DNA of 64,000 nt from an uncultured Acidimicrobiia bacterium (GCA_958295745.1 OY282370.1:1162311-1226310); one strand, 5' to 3'; shown: positions 27,730-37,654, numbered from the stretch's first letter. Notes: generated by a model not told the origin, from the sequence alone. Program-made: numbers and translations.

Positions 27730-29348
27730 GGACGCAGCACCGCCCCGTCCAGGCCGTCCAGGAGTAGAAAGCCGCCCACCGGCCCGGCCATATCCCGGCG
27801 GGTGGCGGCCAGCACCTCCCCGGCGGCCGGAACACGCACCGGTTCGCCGCCGAAGTTCAGGTACACGCAGACGGTCTCCCCGTCGGCGGCGCGGCGGCGG
27901 TAGGCGAACACCGTCTCCGGCAGGCCTTCCAAGGCCTGGTAGTCACCGATCCGAAGCGCTTCCGAACCCTTCCGCACCTCGAGCAGCCGGCGGGTGAGGT
28001 GGAGCATGGAATCGGGGTCGGCCAGCTGCGCCTCCACGTTCCGGTCGGCGTCGGGATCCACGGTCGCCAACCACGGCCGGACGGTGCTGAAACCGCCGTA
28101 CGGATCGGCCGTCCACTGCAAGGGGGTGCGGCAGCCGTCCCGGCCCAACCCCGGTTGACGGCGGCCCCAGGGGTCCTGCTGCTCCTCCGGCGGGATGTCG
28201 GCCTGGACCATGCCCAGCTCGTCGCCGTAGTACAGGGTGGGGGTTCCCCGCAGGGTGAGCAGCATCAGGGTGGCCATGCGGGCCCGCCGGTCACCGTAGC
28301 GGGTAGCGATACGCACCTCGTCGTGGTTGCCCAGCACGTAGTTGGGCCAGGCGCCCGGCGGGAGGACCGCTTCGAGAGACCCGACAGTCCGGCGCGCCCA
28401 GGCGGCGGTCCAGTCCCCGTGCAGCATCCCGAAGAAGTAGGGCATGTGGAGCTCGTCGTTGTCGCCGTAGTAGGCCGCCCACTCCTCGCCCTCCAGGTGG
28501 ATCTCCCCCACCGAGAACCTCGACCGCTCCGCCGAGTACTCGTCGAGCACCGCCCGCACCTCCCGGAACAGCATATGGATGTCCGGATGGCCCCGGTCGT
28601 GGAGATGCACGAACCGGTCGTAGTCGCCCATATCCTTGTAACCGGGCTCGGGATGCTCCAACACCGGGTTGGATCGGTAATCGGGATCCTTCATCGCGAA
28701 GTGGCAGGCGTCCAACCGGAATCCGTCGACTCCCAGTTCCAGCCAGAACCGGAGGGTGCCGAGCATGGCCTCCTTCACGGCGGGGTTCCGCCAGTTCAAG
28801 TCGGGCTGCTCGGCCAGGAAACTATGCAGGTAGTACTGACCGGTGCGGTCGTCGTAGGTCCATGCCGGGCCGCCGAACACCGACACCCAGTTGTTGGGCT
28901 CGCCGCCGCCGGGCGCCGGATCCTTCCACACGTACCAGTCGCGCCGGGGGTTGCGGCGGGAGGAGCGGGACTCCACGAACCAGGCATGCTTCGACGACGA
29001 GTGGTTGGGCACCCAGTCGATGACCACCTTCAGACCCAGCCCGTGGGCCCTTTCGACCAGGACGGAGAAGTCGGCGAGGGCGCCGAAGATGGGGTCCACG
29101 TCTACATAGTCGGCCACGTCGTAACCGAAGTCGGCCATGGGCGAGGTGTAGAAGGGGGAGATCCATAGGGCGTCCACGCCGAGGACGCCGGCCAGGTAGT
29201 CGAGCTTCGACGTTATGCCGGCCAGGTCACCGATCCCGTCCCCGTTCGAATCCATGAAGCTGCGGGGGTAGATCTGATAGATGACGGCTTCATGCCACCA
29301 TTCATATGGAAGAGGCAGCCCCGAGTGGTCAGGAGTTGTAGGACACAT
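27726..29348 (-). CDS. Glycoside hydrolase family 13 alpha-glucosidase/oligo-1,6-glucosidase-like
   Basis: YQIYPRSF, DWVPNHSS, GVDGFRLDA, VGEI, LGNHD. Confidence 0.95.
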   Translation of the reverse strand: MCPTTPDHSGLPLPYEWWHEAVIYQIYPRSFMDSNGDGIGDLAGITSKLDYLAGVLGVDALWISPFYTSPMADFGYDVADYVDVDPIFGALADFSVLVERAHGLGLKVVIDWVPNHSSSKHAWFVESRSSRRNPRRDWYVWKDPAPGGGEPNNWVSVFGGPAWTYDDRTGQYYLHSFLAEQPDLNWRNPAVKEAMLGTLRFWLELGVDGFRLDACHFAMKDPDYRSNPVLEHPEPGYKDMGDYDRFVHLHDRGHPDIHMLFREVRAVLDEYSAERSRFSVGEIHLEGEEWAAYYGDNDELHMPYFFGMLHGDWTAAWARRTVGSLEAVLPPGAWPNYVLGNHDEVRIATRYGDRRARMATLMLLTLRGTPTLYYGDELGMVQADIPPEEQQDPWGRRQPGLGRDGCRTPLQWTADPYGGFSTVRPWLATVDPDADRNVEAQLADPDSMLHLTRRLLEVRKGSEALRIGDYQALEGLPETVFAYRRRAADGETVCVYLNFGGEPVRVPAAGEVLAATRRDMAGPVGGFLLLDGLDGAVLRP

Positions 29349-30969
29349 ACGGTGACTCTACGCAGGCGACCGCCGCCTGGACGACCGCCGGGAGGCCCGA
29401 CGCCGCCGCCCTGGTCAGGGCATCCTGCAGGCCGGCCTCGTCGTCCACATATTCCCCGTAGCCGCCCATCGCCTTGGCCGCCCGCCACCACGCCCGGCGG
29501 GGCAGGTCGAGCTCGATCTCCGCGCCGTAGGCGCGGCGCTGCGGAAGGGCGATGGCCCCCCACTTCTCGTCGTCGAACACCACCACCACGATCGGCGCCC
29601 CGTACCGCAGCGCGGTTTCCAGCTCGAAGCCGTGGAAGGCGAAGCCCCCGTCGCCGACGATCACCGCCACCTGGTTTTCCGGGCGGGCCAGCTTGGCCGC
29701 CACCCCGAAGGGTATCTCGGCCCCCAGCGCCCCCGATTGGCCCGCCCGCAGGTAACGGCCCGGAGGGGTGATCCGCAGTATCGGGTCGGCCCAGAAGTCG
29801 ATGTTTCCGTGCGAAGTCACGAATACGGCGCCGGCCGGCATCGCCTCCTCCAGCAGGGCGGCCAGCCTGCCGGGATGGATACCCTCCCCTTCCGTCTGCC
29901 CGCCGGAGGCGGCTTCGCCCCTCCAGGCGCGCCAGGCCCGGGCGGCCTCATCGCACCAGCTCCGGTCGAACCCTTCGGGGCAGGCCCCCGCCAAGGCCTC
30001 CAATACCTGATCCGAACGGGCCGCCATGCCCAGGTCGGGTGCCCGGAACTTGCCCACCACCCCCGGATCCGGATGGGACTGGATCACCGCCGCCCGGTCG
30101 GAGATGAGCCGCCCGTATCCCAGGTCGGCCTCCAGCTCGTGCCCCACCACCAGCACCAAGTCGGCTTCTGCCATCCTCTGGCGCAGCGGCGGGTTGGAAC
30201 CCAGGTACCCCACCCCGGCACAGCACGGATGCCGCTCGTCGACCAGCCCCCGGCCCAGCCGGAGGGTCACGAACGGTATCTGCAGGCGGTCGACGGCCTC
30301 CGCCAGCGCCCGGTCGGCCTCCGACCACAGAACATCGTCCCCGGCGATCAACAAAGGACGGCGGGCCGATGAGACCAGCCGCCGCAGCTCCTCCGCCTGC
30401 TCGGCCGCCAACCCCGGACCCCGATGCGCCGCCCCGGACCGCCGCGGCGGGGGCGGCGGGGCCGAGGCGCCCAGCACGTCCACCGGGATCTCCAGGAAAG
30501 CCGGACCGGGGCGCCCGGAGGTCATGGCCCGCCAGGCCGCCTCGAAGTATTCCTCGATCCTCCCCGGATCCACGACCCGGGCCGCATATTTGGTAACCGG
30601 CCTCATCACCGGCAGGGGATCGAAGGACATGACCGCTTCCTTGTCGAGCACCCCCACCGGCGCCTGCCCGCCGAGGATCAGGAACGGCACCCCCGCCCGG
30701 AACGCCGTCAAAGCCGGGGTGACGGTGTTGGTAACACCCGGACCCAGGGTCACGGCGCAGGCCCCGGGACGTCTGGTAACCCGGGCGGTGCCTTCGGCCA
30801 TGAAAGCCGCCGCCGCTTCGTGGCGGGTGTGGACGATACGGACAGGCGCCCGCAGGGTTCCGCGGTAGATCGGGTTGAGAGGCCCGCCCGAAACCGAGAA
30901 CAGGTGGTCGATCTTCTTGTCGGCCAGGAGCTCTACTACTAGATCTCCGCCGGAGTGCTCGGCCGCCAT
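29329..30969 (-). CDS. ThDP-dependent enzyme, acetolactate synthase-like (ILVBL/2-hydroxyacyl-CoA lyase-like)
   Basis: RHEAAAAFMA, TLGPGVTN, GDGGFAF...VVVVFDDEKWG. Confidence 0.85.
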   Translation of the reverse strand: MAAEHSGGDLVVELLADKKIDHLFSVSGGPLNPIYRGTLRAPVRIVHTRHEAAAAFMAEGTARVTRRPGACAVTLGPGVTNTVTPALTAFRAGVPFLILGGQAPVGVLDKEAVMSFDPLPVMRPVTKYAARVVDPGRIEEYFEAAWRAMTSGRPGPAFLEIPVDVLGASAPPPPPRRSGAAHRGPGLAAEQAEELRRLVSSARRPLLIAGDDVLWSEADRALAEAVDRLQIPFVTLRLGRGLVDERHPCCAGVGYLGSNPPLRQRMAEADLVLVVGHELEADLGYGRLISDRAAVIQSHPDPGVVGKFRAPDLGMAARSDQVLEALAGACPEGFDRSWCDEAARAWRAWRGEAASGGQTEGEGIHPGRLAALLEEAMPAGAVFVTSHGNIDFWADPILRITPPGRYLRAGQSGALGAEIPFGVAAKLARPENQVAVIVGDGGFAFHGFELETALRYGAPIVVVVFDDEKWGAIALPQRRAYGAEIELDLPRRAWWRAAKAMGGYGEYVDDEAGLQDALTRAAASGLPAVVQAAVACVESPYVSYNS

Positions 30970-30978
30970 CGGCGCCGG

Positions 30979-31206
30979 TTACCGAATCTCGGCTACCACA
31001 GCCCCCACCTCGGCTGTGTCGTCCTCGGAGACAAACACCCTGGTCAGGACGCCCGAGGCCGGCGCCTCCAGCTCGACCTCCACCTTGTCGGTCTCGAACC
31101 GGGCCAGCGGCTCACCCTCGACGACCTGTGCGCCGACCTCCTTGAGCCAGCAGACCAGCACCGCATCCTGCATCGAAACCCCCCATTTGGGAAGGATCAC
31201 CCGCAC
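30979..31206 (-). CDS. Stand-alone lipoyl/biotinyl carrier domain
   Basis: LPKWGVSMQDA...FETDKVEVELEAPASG with the lipoyl-lysine ETDK motif; about 75 aa. Confidence 0.88.
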   Translation of the reverse strand: MRVILPKWGVSMQDAVLVCWLKEVGAQVVEGEPLARFETDKVEVELEAPASGVLTRVFVSEDDTAEVGAVVAEIR

Positions 31207-31225
31207 ATCGAACCCCCTTCTTCCA

Positions 31226-32251
31226 TCAGGCCGACCCCCTCGCCGCGCCCCTCGCCGCCGGGATACGGCGGCTCGACTCGTCCAGGACATCCCGGACGGC
31301 CTGCTTCACATCCTCGGCCCCGACATCCAGCTCCTTCTCCAAGGGCGGGCTGAAAGGAACCGGTACGTCGGGCCAGGTGAGCCGCCGGGGGCGGGCCAGC
31401 AACGAATCCCAGACCCGCTCGGAAACCCCGGCGATGATCTCTCCGGCGGCGCCGCACAGCCGGCGGGCCGGGTCGGCCACCACCAACCTTCCGGTCCTGC
31501 GCACCGAGGCGGCCACCATCTCCCAATCGAAGGGAACCAGGCTGCGGGGATCGATCACCTCCACCGATACGCCCTCTTCCTCCAGCTCGGCGGCCGCCTC
31601 GAGAACCGGCGGCACCAGCGAAGCCAACGCCACCACCGTCACGTCCTCGCCCACCCGTTTGATGTCCGCCGACCCGAGCGGTATCTCGTACGGCTCGGCG
31701 GGCACCGCCGCCCGAAGGCGGGAAAGCCGCAGGTCGGCCAGGTAGATGACCGGATTGGGGTCCCGGATGGCCGCCGTCATCAGGCCTTTGGCGTCGTAGG
31801 GCGTGCTGGGCATCACCACCTTGAGGCCCGCCGTGTGCATGAGGATCGAATGAGGGTTCTCCGAGTGCTGGGCGGCCGCCGAGCCGGACGGCCCGGTCCC
31901 GGCGAAGTAGACGATAGGAAGCTCCACCTGGCCGCCGGACATGTAGCGCAAGCGGGCCGCCTGGTTGGCGATCTGGTCCATGGCGACATAGAAGAAACTG
32001 GAGAACATCACATGGGCGAAGGGACGCAGACCGGCCGCCGCCGCCCCCACCGCACCGCCCACAAACGTGGCTTCGGATATGGGCGTCTTGCGGATGCGGT
32101 TGGGTCCGAAGCGGTCGATCAGGCCCCGCGTGACTCCGAAGACCCCCCGGTCCACGTCCTCGCCCAGCACGACCACCGTCTCGTCTTCCTCCATCGCAGC
32201 CGCCAGCGCCTGGTGCATGGCCTGCATGAAGTAGACGTTGGCCATTTTCAA
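31226..32251 (-). CDS. 2-oxoacid/acetoin dehydrogenase E1 beta subunit
   Basis: LGEDV, TPISEATF, AAQHSE, EVIDPRSL. Confidence 0.93.
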   Translation of the reverse strand: MKMANVYFMQAMHQALAAAMEEDETVVVLGEDVDRGVFGVTRGLIDRFGPNRIRKTPISEATFVGGAVGAAAAGLRPFAHVMFSSFFYVAMDQIANQAARLRYMSGGQVELPIVYFAGTGPSGSAAAQHSENPHSILMHTAGLKVVMPSTPYDAKGLMTAAIRDPNPVIYLADLRLSRLRAAVPAEPYEIPLGSADIKRVGEDVTVVALASLVPPVLEAAAELEEEGVSVEVIDPRSLVPFDWEMVAASVRRTGRLVVADPARRLCGAAGEIIAGVSERVWDSLLARPRRLTWPDVPVPFSPPLEKELDVGAEDVKQAVRDVLDESSRRIPAARGAARGSA

Positions 32252-33219
32252 GCCCCCGCCTCGGCGAACACATGCTCCAGCGCCTGGCCGGGCGGGGGAA
32301 ACGGGGCGGCCTCGGCGAATCGGACCGCCGCCTCCACCGATGCCTGCTCGGCGTCGTCGATGTCGTCGAGCTCCGAAGCCCTGTCCGGGAGCTCGGCCAG
32401 GAGCCTCTCCCGGAAGCAGGTAACCGGGTCGCGGGCCTTCCAGCTCTCCACCTCCTCCTCGGTGCGGTAGGCCGACACGAAGGCCTCCTCCCCTTCACTG
32501 TGGCCTGCGAAACGGTAGGTGACCGCCTCAATGAGGGTGGGGCCCTCCCCCCGCCTAGCCCGGTCCACCGCCTCCGCGGCCGCCCGCCGGACCTCCAGGA
32601 CGTCGTTGCCGTCCACCTCCACGCCTGGAATCCCGAAGGGTTCGGCCCGCCGGTAGATCCTCCCGGCGGTGAGGTCGGCGGTGGGGGTGAACTCCATGTA
32701 GTGGTTCGACTCGCAGAGGTAGACAACCGGAAGTTTCCAGATCGCCGACAGGTTCAGCGCCTCGAGCAGCACCCCCTGATTGGCGGCGCCGTCGCCGAAG
32801 AAGCAGACGGTAACCCCGTCCCGGCCCAGCACGGTGTCGGCCAGCCCCGCCCCGGCGGCCATCGGGATGCCGCCGCCCACGATGCCGTTGGCCCCCAGGA
32901 TGCCCAGACTGGTATCGATGATGTGCATCGAACCGCCCTTGCCCTTGCAGTACCCGTCCGCCTTGCCGAAGAGCTCGGCCATCATCGGGGCGACATCGGC
33001 GCCTTTGGCGATGCAGTGGCCGTGCCCGCGGTGGGTGCTGGTGATGTGATCGGTTCGGCGGAGCACGCTGCAGGCCCCCACCGCCACCGCCTCCTCGCCC
33101 AGATATACATGTACGAAGCCGGGCAACCGTCCGAGCTTGTGGAGCTCCTGGACCTTCTCCTCGAACACGCGGATGCGCATCATCAGCCGGTATAGGTGGA
33201 GGAGGGCATCGGAAAGCAC
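32248..33219 (-). CDS. 2-oxoacid/acetoin dehydrogenase E1 alpha subunit
   Basis: STHRGHGH, GKGGSMH, FFGDGAANQG...N ThDP motif, TYRFAGH. Confidence 0.94.
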   Translation of the reverse strand: MLSDALLHLYRLMMRIRVFEEKVQELHKLGRLPGFVHVYLGEEAVAVGACSVLRRTDHITSTHRGHGHCIAKGADVAPMMAELFGKADGYCKGKGGSMHIIDTSLGILGANGIVGGGIPMAAGAGLADTVLGRDGVTVCFFGDGAANQGVLLEALNLSAIWKLPVVYLCESNHYMEFTPTADLTAGRIYRRAEPFGIPGVEVDGNDVLEVRRAAAEAVDRARRGEGPTLIEAVTYRFAGHSEGEEAFVSAYRTEEEVESWKARDPVTCFRERLLAELPDRASELDDIDDAEQASVEAAVRFAEAAPFPPPGQALEHVFAEAGA

Positions 33220-33272
33220 TGCCGGGAATCCTACCCCTGATCGTTCATGGTCCGCGGTGAGAGCGGACAGGA

Positions 33273-33539
33273 ATGATGGCCGACAGTACGATGGTGCGAG
33301 TGATTAGGACCCGGATTTACATCACCGCTGAACAGGCGGAGCAGCTGCGCATCCTCGCTGCGGCCCGCAATGTTTCAAGGTCGTCTCTCGTGCGCCGAGC
33401 GTTGGAAGACTTGTTCGCCCGAGACGTCCTGTCACAGCGGCTTCGGAGGTCTCGGAGGCCGGTCGGCGCCTATCGGTCGGGGCATTCCACGACGGCAACC
33501 CGGCATGACGATGCGCTCGACGATATCTTCTCAGCATAA
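33273..33539 (+). CDS. Ribbon-helix-helix (CopG/VapB-like) protein
   Basis: RTRIYIT beta strand, RNVSRSSLVRRAL, C-terminal RHDDAL typical of VapB-type antitoxins; start uncertain (33273-33300). Confidence 0.7.
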   Translation: MMADSTMVRVIRTRIYITAEQAEQLRILAAARNVSRSSLVRRALEDLFARDVLSQRLRRSRRPVGAYRSGHSTTATRHDDALDDIFSA

Positions 33540-34073
33540 GAGGGTGCGCGGATAGGTGCTCACCTGGGAAAACACTGCTTGCGGCGGTTGATGATCCCAC
33601 AGCCGTAGCCAGAGGTTCCGAACTGGATCCCGACCGGCGTTACGAACAGGAACGGCCGCGGTCCGCCTATCCGCTGAGCCGAGGTTTTTCGCGTTCTCCC
33701 GCCGAAAAACCCGGCTTCGCCGGGCCCTGCCCCCGCCGCCACCACCAACCGTCTTCGGGCTGCGGGGGGCATGTTCACACCGCCCGTGCCCGATGCGTTT
33801 TCAGCCACAGCTACTTCGTACCGCTCCGCCCTTCGGTCCGTTGCCTGCCTGCGGGAGGCGGTCGGCCTGGGCGGTTCGATTCCTTTCTGATCGCAGTATC
33901 CGGATTCACTGCGATATCTGCTCGTACAACACTATACAACAGTAATGAGACAACGCCAATACCCTTCCGGCGCCAATCCAAAACTTTTTTGGCGATCTTC
34001 CCCCTTAAGCACACCATGAGCACGCCTTCCATATACTCGACATGATCGACCGACCAGCAACGAAGGAGGCGAG

Positions 34074-35225
34074 ATGACGATGGGGGACCGGGGGCCTAAC
34101 GAAGAAATGATCGGCCGGCCTGGTTCCCGCCATGAGCTGGGAACCCCGTCGCTGGTGGTGGACCTCGATGTCATGGACGCCAACATCGCCTCCCTGGCCG
34201 AGCACGCCGCCGCCCACGGCTACGAGGTGCGTCCGGTGGCCAAGATCCACAAGTCGATCGAGATCACCCGCCGCCAAGTGGAGGCGGGCGGACGCGGGCC
34301 CTGCTGCGCCACCCTGGCCGAGGCGGAGGTGATGGTCGACGCCGGGTTCAGCGACGTGATGCTGTTCACCTCGGTTGTAACCGCCCCCAAGCTGGATCGG
34401 CTGGCCGAGCTGAACGCCCGGGCCGACGGCTTCGTCATCTGCGCCGACCACGCCGCCAACGTCGTCCAGCTGGGCGAGGCCGCCCGCCGGTCGGGGCGCC
34501 CGATGAAGGTGCTGGTCGATCTGGAGACCGGCAGCCACCGCACCGGCATCGCCGACGATGACGAAGCGGTCGCCCTGGCCCGCCTGATCGCGGACACCGA
34601 AGGCCTCGAATACGCCGGGGTCCAGGGATACACGGGCCACCATATGAACATCACCGGCTTCGAGGCCCGCCGCCTGCGGGGGCTGGAGGTGCTGGAACCG
34701 GTGGTCCGGGTGGTGGAACGGCTGCGGGCGGAGGGCCTCGAACCGGAGATCGTCTCCGGCGGGGGGACCGGCAGCCACGACATCGACCACGAGCTGGGGG
34801 TCTTGACCGAGATCCAGGCCGGCACCTACCTGTTCATGGACGGCCACTACGACGGCGTGGAACAGCGGCGCGGCGAGCCCCGGCCCTTCGAACCCGCCCT
34901 GTTCGTGCGCACCACCGTCATCAGCAACGCCCAGCCGGGCTTCGTCATAACCGACGGCGGGCTCAAGGAAGTGGACAACGTGTTCGGGATCGACCATCCG
35001 GTGATCCTGCGGGGCGCGCCGCCCGGGGCGGTCTACTCGATCGCCGGGGACGACATGGGCAAGATCACCTTCGCCGACCCGGGCGACCGGCTCCAGATCG
35101 GAGACGCGGTGGAGATACAGCCCCCCCACTGCTTCCAGACCATGATCCTCTACCGGTATTTCCACGTGGTGAGCGGGGACGAGCTGGTGGACATCTGGCC
35201 GGTAGACGCCTTCGACAGCTGGTAG
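34074..35225 (+). CDS. Fold-type III PLP enzyme, DSD1/D-threonine aldolase family
   Basis: AAGGAGG RBS; TPSLVVD, RPVAKIHK (PLP Lys), SGGGTG, EIQAGTYLFMD, PHC metal ligands. Confidence 0.88.
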   Translation: MTMGDRGPNEEMIGRPGSRHELGTPSLVVDLDVMDANIASLAEHAAAHGYEVRPVAKIHKSIEITRRQVEAGGRGPCCATLAEAEVMVDAGFSDVMLFTSVVTAPKLDRLAELNARADGFVICADHAANVVQLGEAARRSGRPMKVLVDLETGSHRTGIADDDEAVALARLIADTEGLEYAGVQGYTGHHMNITGFEARRLRGLEVLEPVVRVVERLRAEGLEPEIVSGGGTGSHDIDHELGVLTEIQAGTYLFMDGHYDGVEQRRGEPRPFEPALFVRTTVISNAQPGFVITDGGLKEVDNVFGIDHPVILRGAPPGAVYSIAGDDMGKITFADPGDRLQIGDAVEIQPPHCFQTMILYRYFHVVSGDELVDIWPVDAFDSW

Positions 35226-35299
35226 AGAAGGCGCAACCGCGCCGCCATCACCTTCGCAATCGCCTCAGCGACTGACCGCCCCTTTGGGGCGATTTCGGC

Positions 35300-36304
35300 T
35301 CATCCGACAGAAACAGTGCAGTCGATCCCGAACCCCGCATCCGAAGATTTGATCTCCACAATGGATTTCCCGGAGAAATTATCATTGGCGATGATATCGC
35401 CGAATTCTCCGGAGAACCCAGACACTCGCTCCCAATAGCAGGAACTATCCGCACTCAGCCTATAAGTGCCCGGTTCGATATCGACTCCCACCTCATATAC
35501 CCCCATCCAAATTTCAGACGATTCCGGTGTCAGCCTTTCGCCGAGTATCGATTCAAGGCTCTCTACTACCAAAGGACTGCAGTCGATCCCGAACCCCGCA
35601 TCCGAAGATTTGATCTCCACGATGAAGTATCCAGCAGAATTATCATTGGCGATGATATCGTCGAATTCTCCGGAGAACCCAGATACTCGCTCCCAATAGC
35701 AACTCTGTTCTATCAGGAATCGGTAAACTCCCGGCTCAATATCCACACCCACTGCATATGCTCCCGCATCCAGCACTCCCAGGAGCCACGATGGAACCGT
35801 GGTTGTCGTAGTCGGCGCCCTCGTGGTTGTCGTAGTCGGCGCCCTCGTGGTTGTCGTAGTCGCCTCCGTCGTCGTGGCAATCGCCTCCGTCGTCGTGGCA
35901 ATCGCCTCCGTCGTCGTGGTCATGGTCGGCAGATACGCCGTGCCCAACTCATCTTCACAGGGTGCGCCGTCAACCCCACCGAACTCCATATCCCGGAACC
36001 CCCACCTGAAATCCGGACCGGCGTCAATCACCATCTGCCGCAACTCATCCACCGAGAACCCCTGGTCAAGCCACTTCCCACAACGCATCCCTTCGAACCG
36101 GTCGGGGTCCGGCGCACCAATAATCGGCGGAGCTGCCGTAGTGGTCGTCCTTTCGGCCGGGGCCGTCTCCACCGTCTCCCGAACCGTCGTCGGCTCTGGG
36201 TCGTCCGGCCGATAAGCCGTAGTAGAGGTCTCCACACCCCCACAGGCACCCCCGACCGCAACGGCCAAAACAGCCGCAACCAATACTCTCCGAATCATAA
36301 TCAT
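35300..36304 (-). CDS. Lipoprotein with a Thr-rich stalk and two copies of a Cys-containing beta domain
   Basis: Lipobox AVGGAC; duplicated Y(A/E)VGVDIEPG.YR...CYWERVSGFSGEF.DIIANDN domain. Confidence 0.8.
   Translation of the reverse strand: MIMIRRVLVAAVLAVAVGGACGGVETSTTAYRPDDPEPTTVRETVETAPAERTTTTAAPPIIGAPDPDRFEGMRCGKWLDQGFSVDELRQMVIDAGPDFRWGFRDMEFGGVDGAPCEDELGTAYLPTMTTTTEAIATTTEAIATTTEATTTTTRAPTTTTTRAPTTTTTVPSWLLGVLDAGAYAVGVDIEPGVYRFLIEQSCYWERVSGFSGEFDDIIANDNSAGYFIVEIKSSDAGFGIDCSPLVVESLESILGERLTPESSEIWMGVYEVGVDIEPGTYRLSADSSCYWERVSGFSGEFGDIIANDNFSGKSIVEIKSSDAGFGIDCTVSVG
35798..35918. repeat. In-frame coding tandem repeats (24-bp x about 2.7, then 21-bp x about 2.7)
   Basis: Units cgtggttgtcgtagtcggcgccct and gcctccgtcgtcgtggcaatc. 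Confidence 0.9.
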
Positions 36305-36591
36305 GATCCTTTCTGTTCCGCCGACCTGCCCTTCGGCGGGACCGACCACTCTCTTCTCCCCCTTTACATCACCAGGGACTCTTACCCGTCGTCCTCTCCC
36401 CAAACACCCAATCTGTAAGTCGTTGTACCAATTGATGCCGTTTCAAATCCTCCATATATGGGAGCATCCCAACCATATTCCGCCTCGGCCGCTGTGTCTT
36501 CGGCCAGCTCGTCAACAAGGGCCTCGGCCAGCTTAACCTCCGCCGCCTGATCCTTCCGTCGCAGATCCCTCACCAGCCACCAAATAGACCG

Positions 36592-37569
36592 TCAGTAGGG
36601 GCGGGATCCCTTGGGTCGGTCGTCCAGATAGCGTTGGGTGATCTTGCGGGCCTGCTCCACCGGGTGCACCCCCACCTGCTGGGCGAAGGCGTCGATCAGG
36701 CTATCCACCACCGGCCCCGGTCTGCCGTCTCCGATGGGGCGTCCGTCGATGCTGGTCACCGGCATCACGAAAAAGGGAGTAGAAGCCAAAAAGGCCTCGT
36801 CGGCGGTCATGGCGTCATAAGGCTCGATGTCGGCCTCCACGAACTCCAAGCCCAACCCGGGGGCCAGATCCCTCACGTCCTCCCTGGTAACCCCCCGCAA
36901 GATGTTCCGGCCCTGCGGCGAGATCACAGCCCCGTCCTTGACGATCAAGAAATTGGCCCCTCCCCCTTCCGTCAGGTAACCGTCGTCGTCCAAGAACACC
37001 GCCTCCGCCCTGGGATCCACCCGCTTGGCCTCCCTCATCCCCTTCCCGTAATGGATCCGGTTGCGGTTCTTCATCTTCGGATCCAGATAACGGGCAGGAA
37101 TGTTCCTGGTAGGAGGTATCACCACCGGGATGCCGTTCTCCAACCCGTCGAGCGCGTCCACCAGCGAAGCCCCCAGCGGAATGAAGACGATGAACACCGT
37201 CCGCTCATACGAATCGTACGGACCCGGATCGAAAGGCTTGGCGATGCCCCGGGATGCGTCGTTGTTCCACATCAGGTCGTCGTAAGGCTCGATGGCGGCC
37301 CGATTGCGCTCGATCAGCTCGAGGGTCGCCTCCTCCATCTCCTCGATCGACATTCCGCAGTCGATGTCGAGGGCCTTCATCGAGGCGTACAGGCGCACCA
37401 TGTGATCCCGGAGGCGGTGGGGCCGGTGCCCGTAGGTGCGGACCGTCTCGAACACGAACTCCCCGATCCGCACCCCCACGTCGAAGGGCGCCAACCGCAG
37501 CTCCGACTCCGGGATGAAATGGCCGTTGAAAAAAGCAGTGCGCTCGGTGGTCTCCGTCGTCTCGTTCAT
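36592..37569 (-). CDS. Class IV PLP aminotransferase (BCAT/D-amino-acid transaminase family)
   Basis: GEFVFETVRTY, KMKNRNR, LTEGGGAN, ILRGVTR, EAFLAST. Confidence 0.9.
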   Translation of the reverse strand: MNETTETTERTAFFNGHFIPESELRLAPFDVGVRIGEFVFETVRTYGHRPHRLRDHMVRLYASMKALDIDCGMSIEEMEEATLELIERNRAAIEPYDDLMWNNDASRGIAKPFDPGPYDSYERTVFIVFIPLGASLVDALDGLENGIPVVIPPTRNIPARYLDPKMKNRNRIHYGKGMREAKRVDPRAEAVFLDDDGYLTEGGGANFLIVKDGAVISPQGRNILRGVTREDVRDLAPGLGLEFVEADIEPYDAMTADEAFLASTPFFVMPVTSIDGRPIGDGRPGPVVDSLIDAFAQQVGVHPVEQARKITQRYLDDRPKGSRPY

Positions 37570-37654
37570 GCCGCCTCCTTCACCCAAAGTCATAGACGCC
37601 CGCCGCGGCGTTGTATGGAATCATGGCACACGCCATCGGAAACCGCCCCGCCAG

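Noticed and set aside
29329-30969. Sulfoacetaldehyde acetyltransferase (xsc), which would complete a taurine pathway
   Set aside because: Length and N-terminal motifs look more like ILVBL/ALS-like enzymes; there is no support for the specific call.
33560-34186. Small ORFs 33560-33808, 33811-34032 and 33932-34186, or a known riboswitch
   Set aside because: No protein motifs or start signals; TPP, glycine, cobalamin and c-di-AMP consensus elements were not found by eye.
36382-36573. 63-aa minus-strand ORF
   Set aside because: No recognisable domain or RBS; it may be a remnant but is unsupported.
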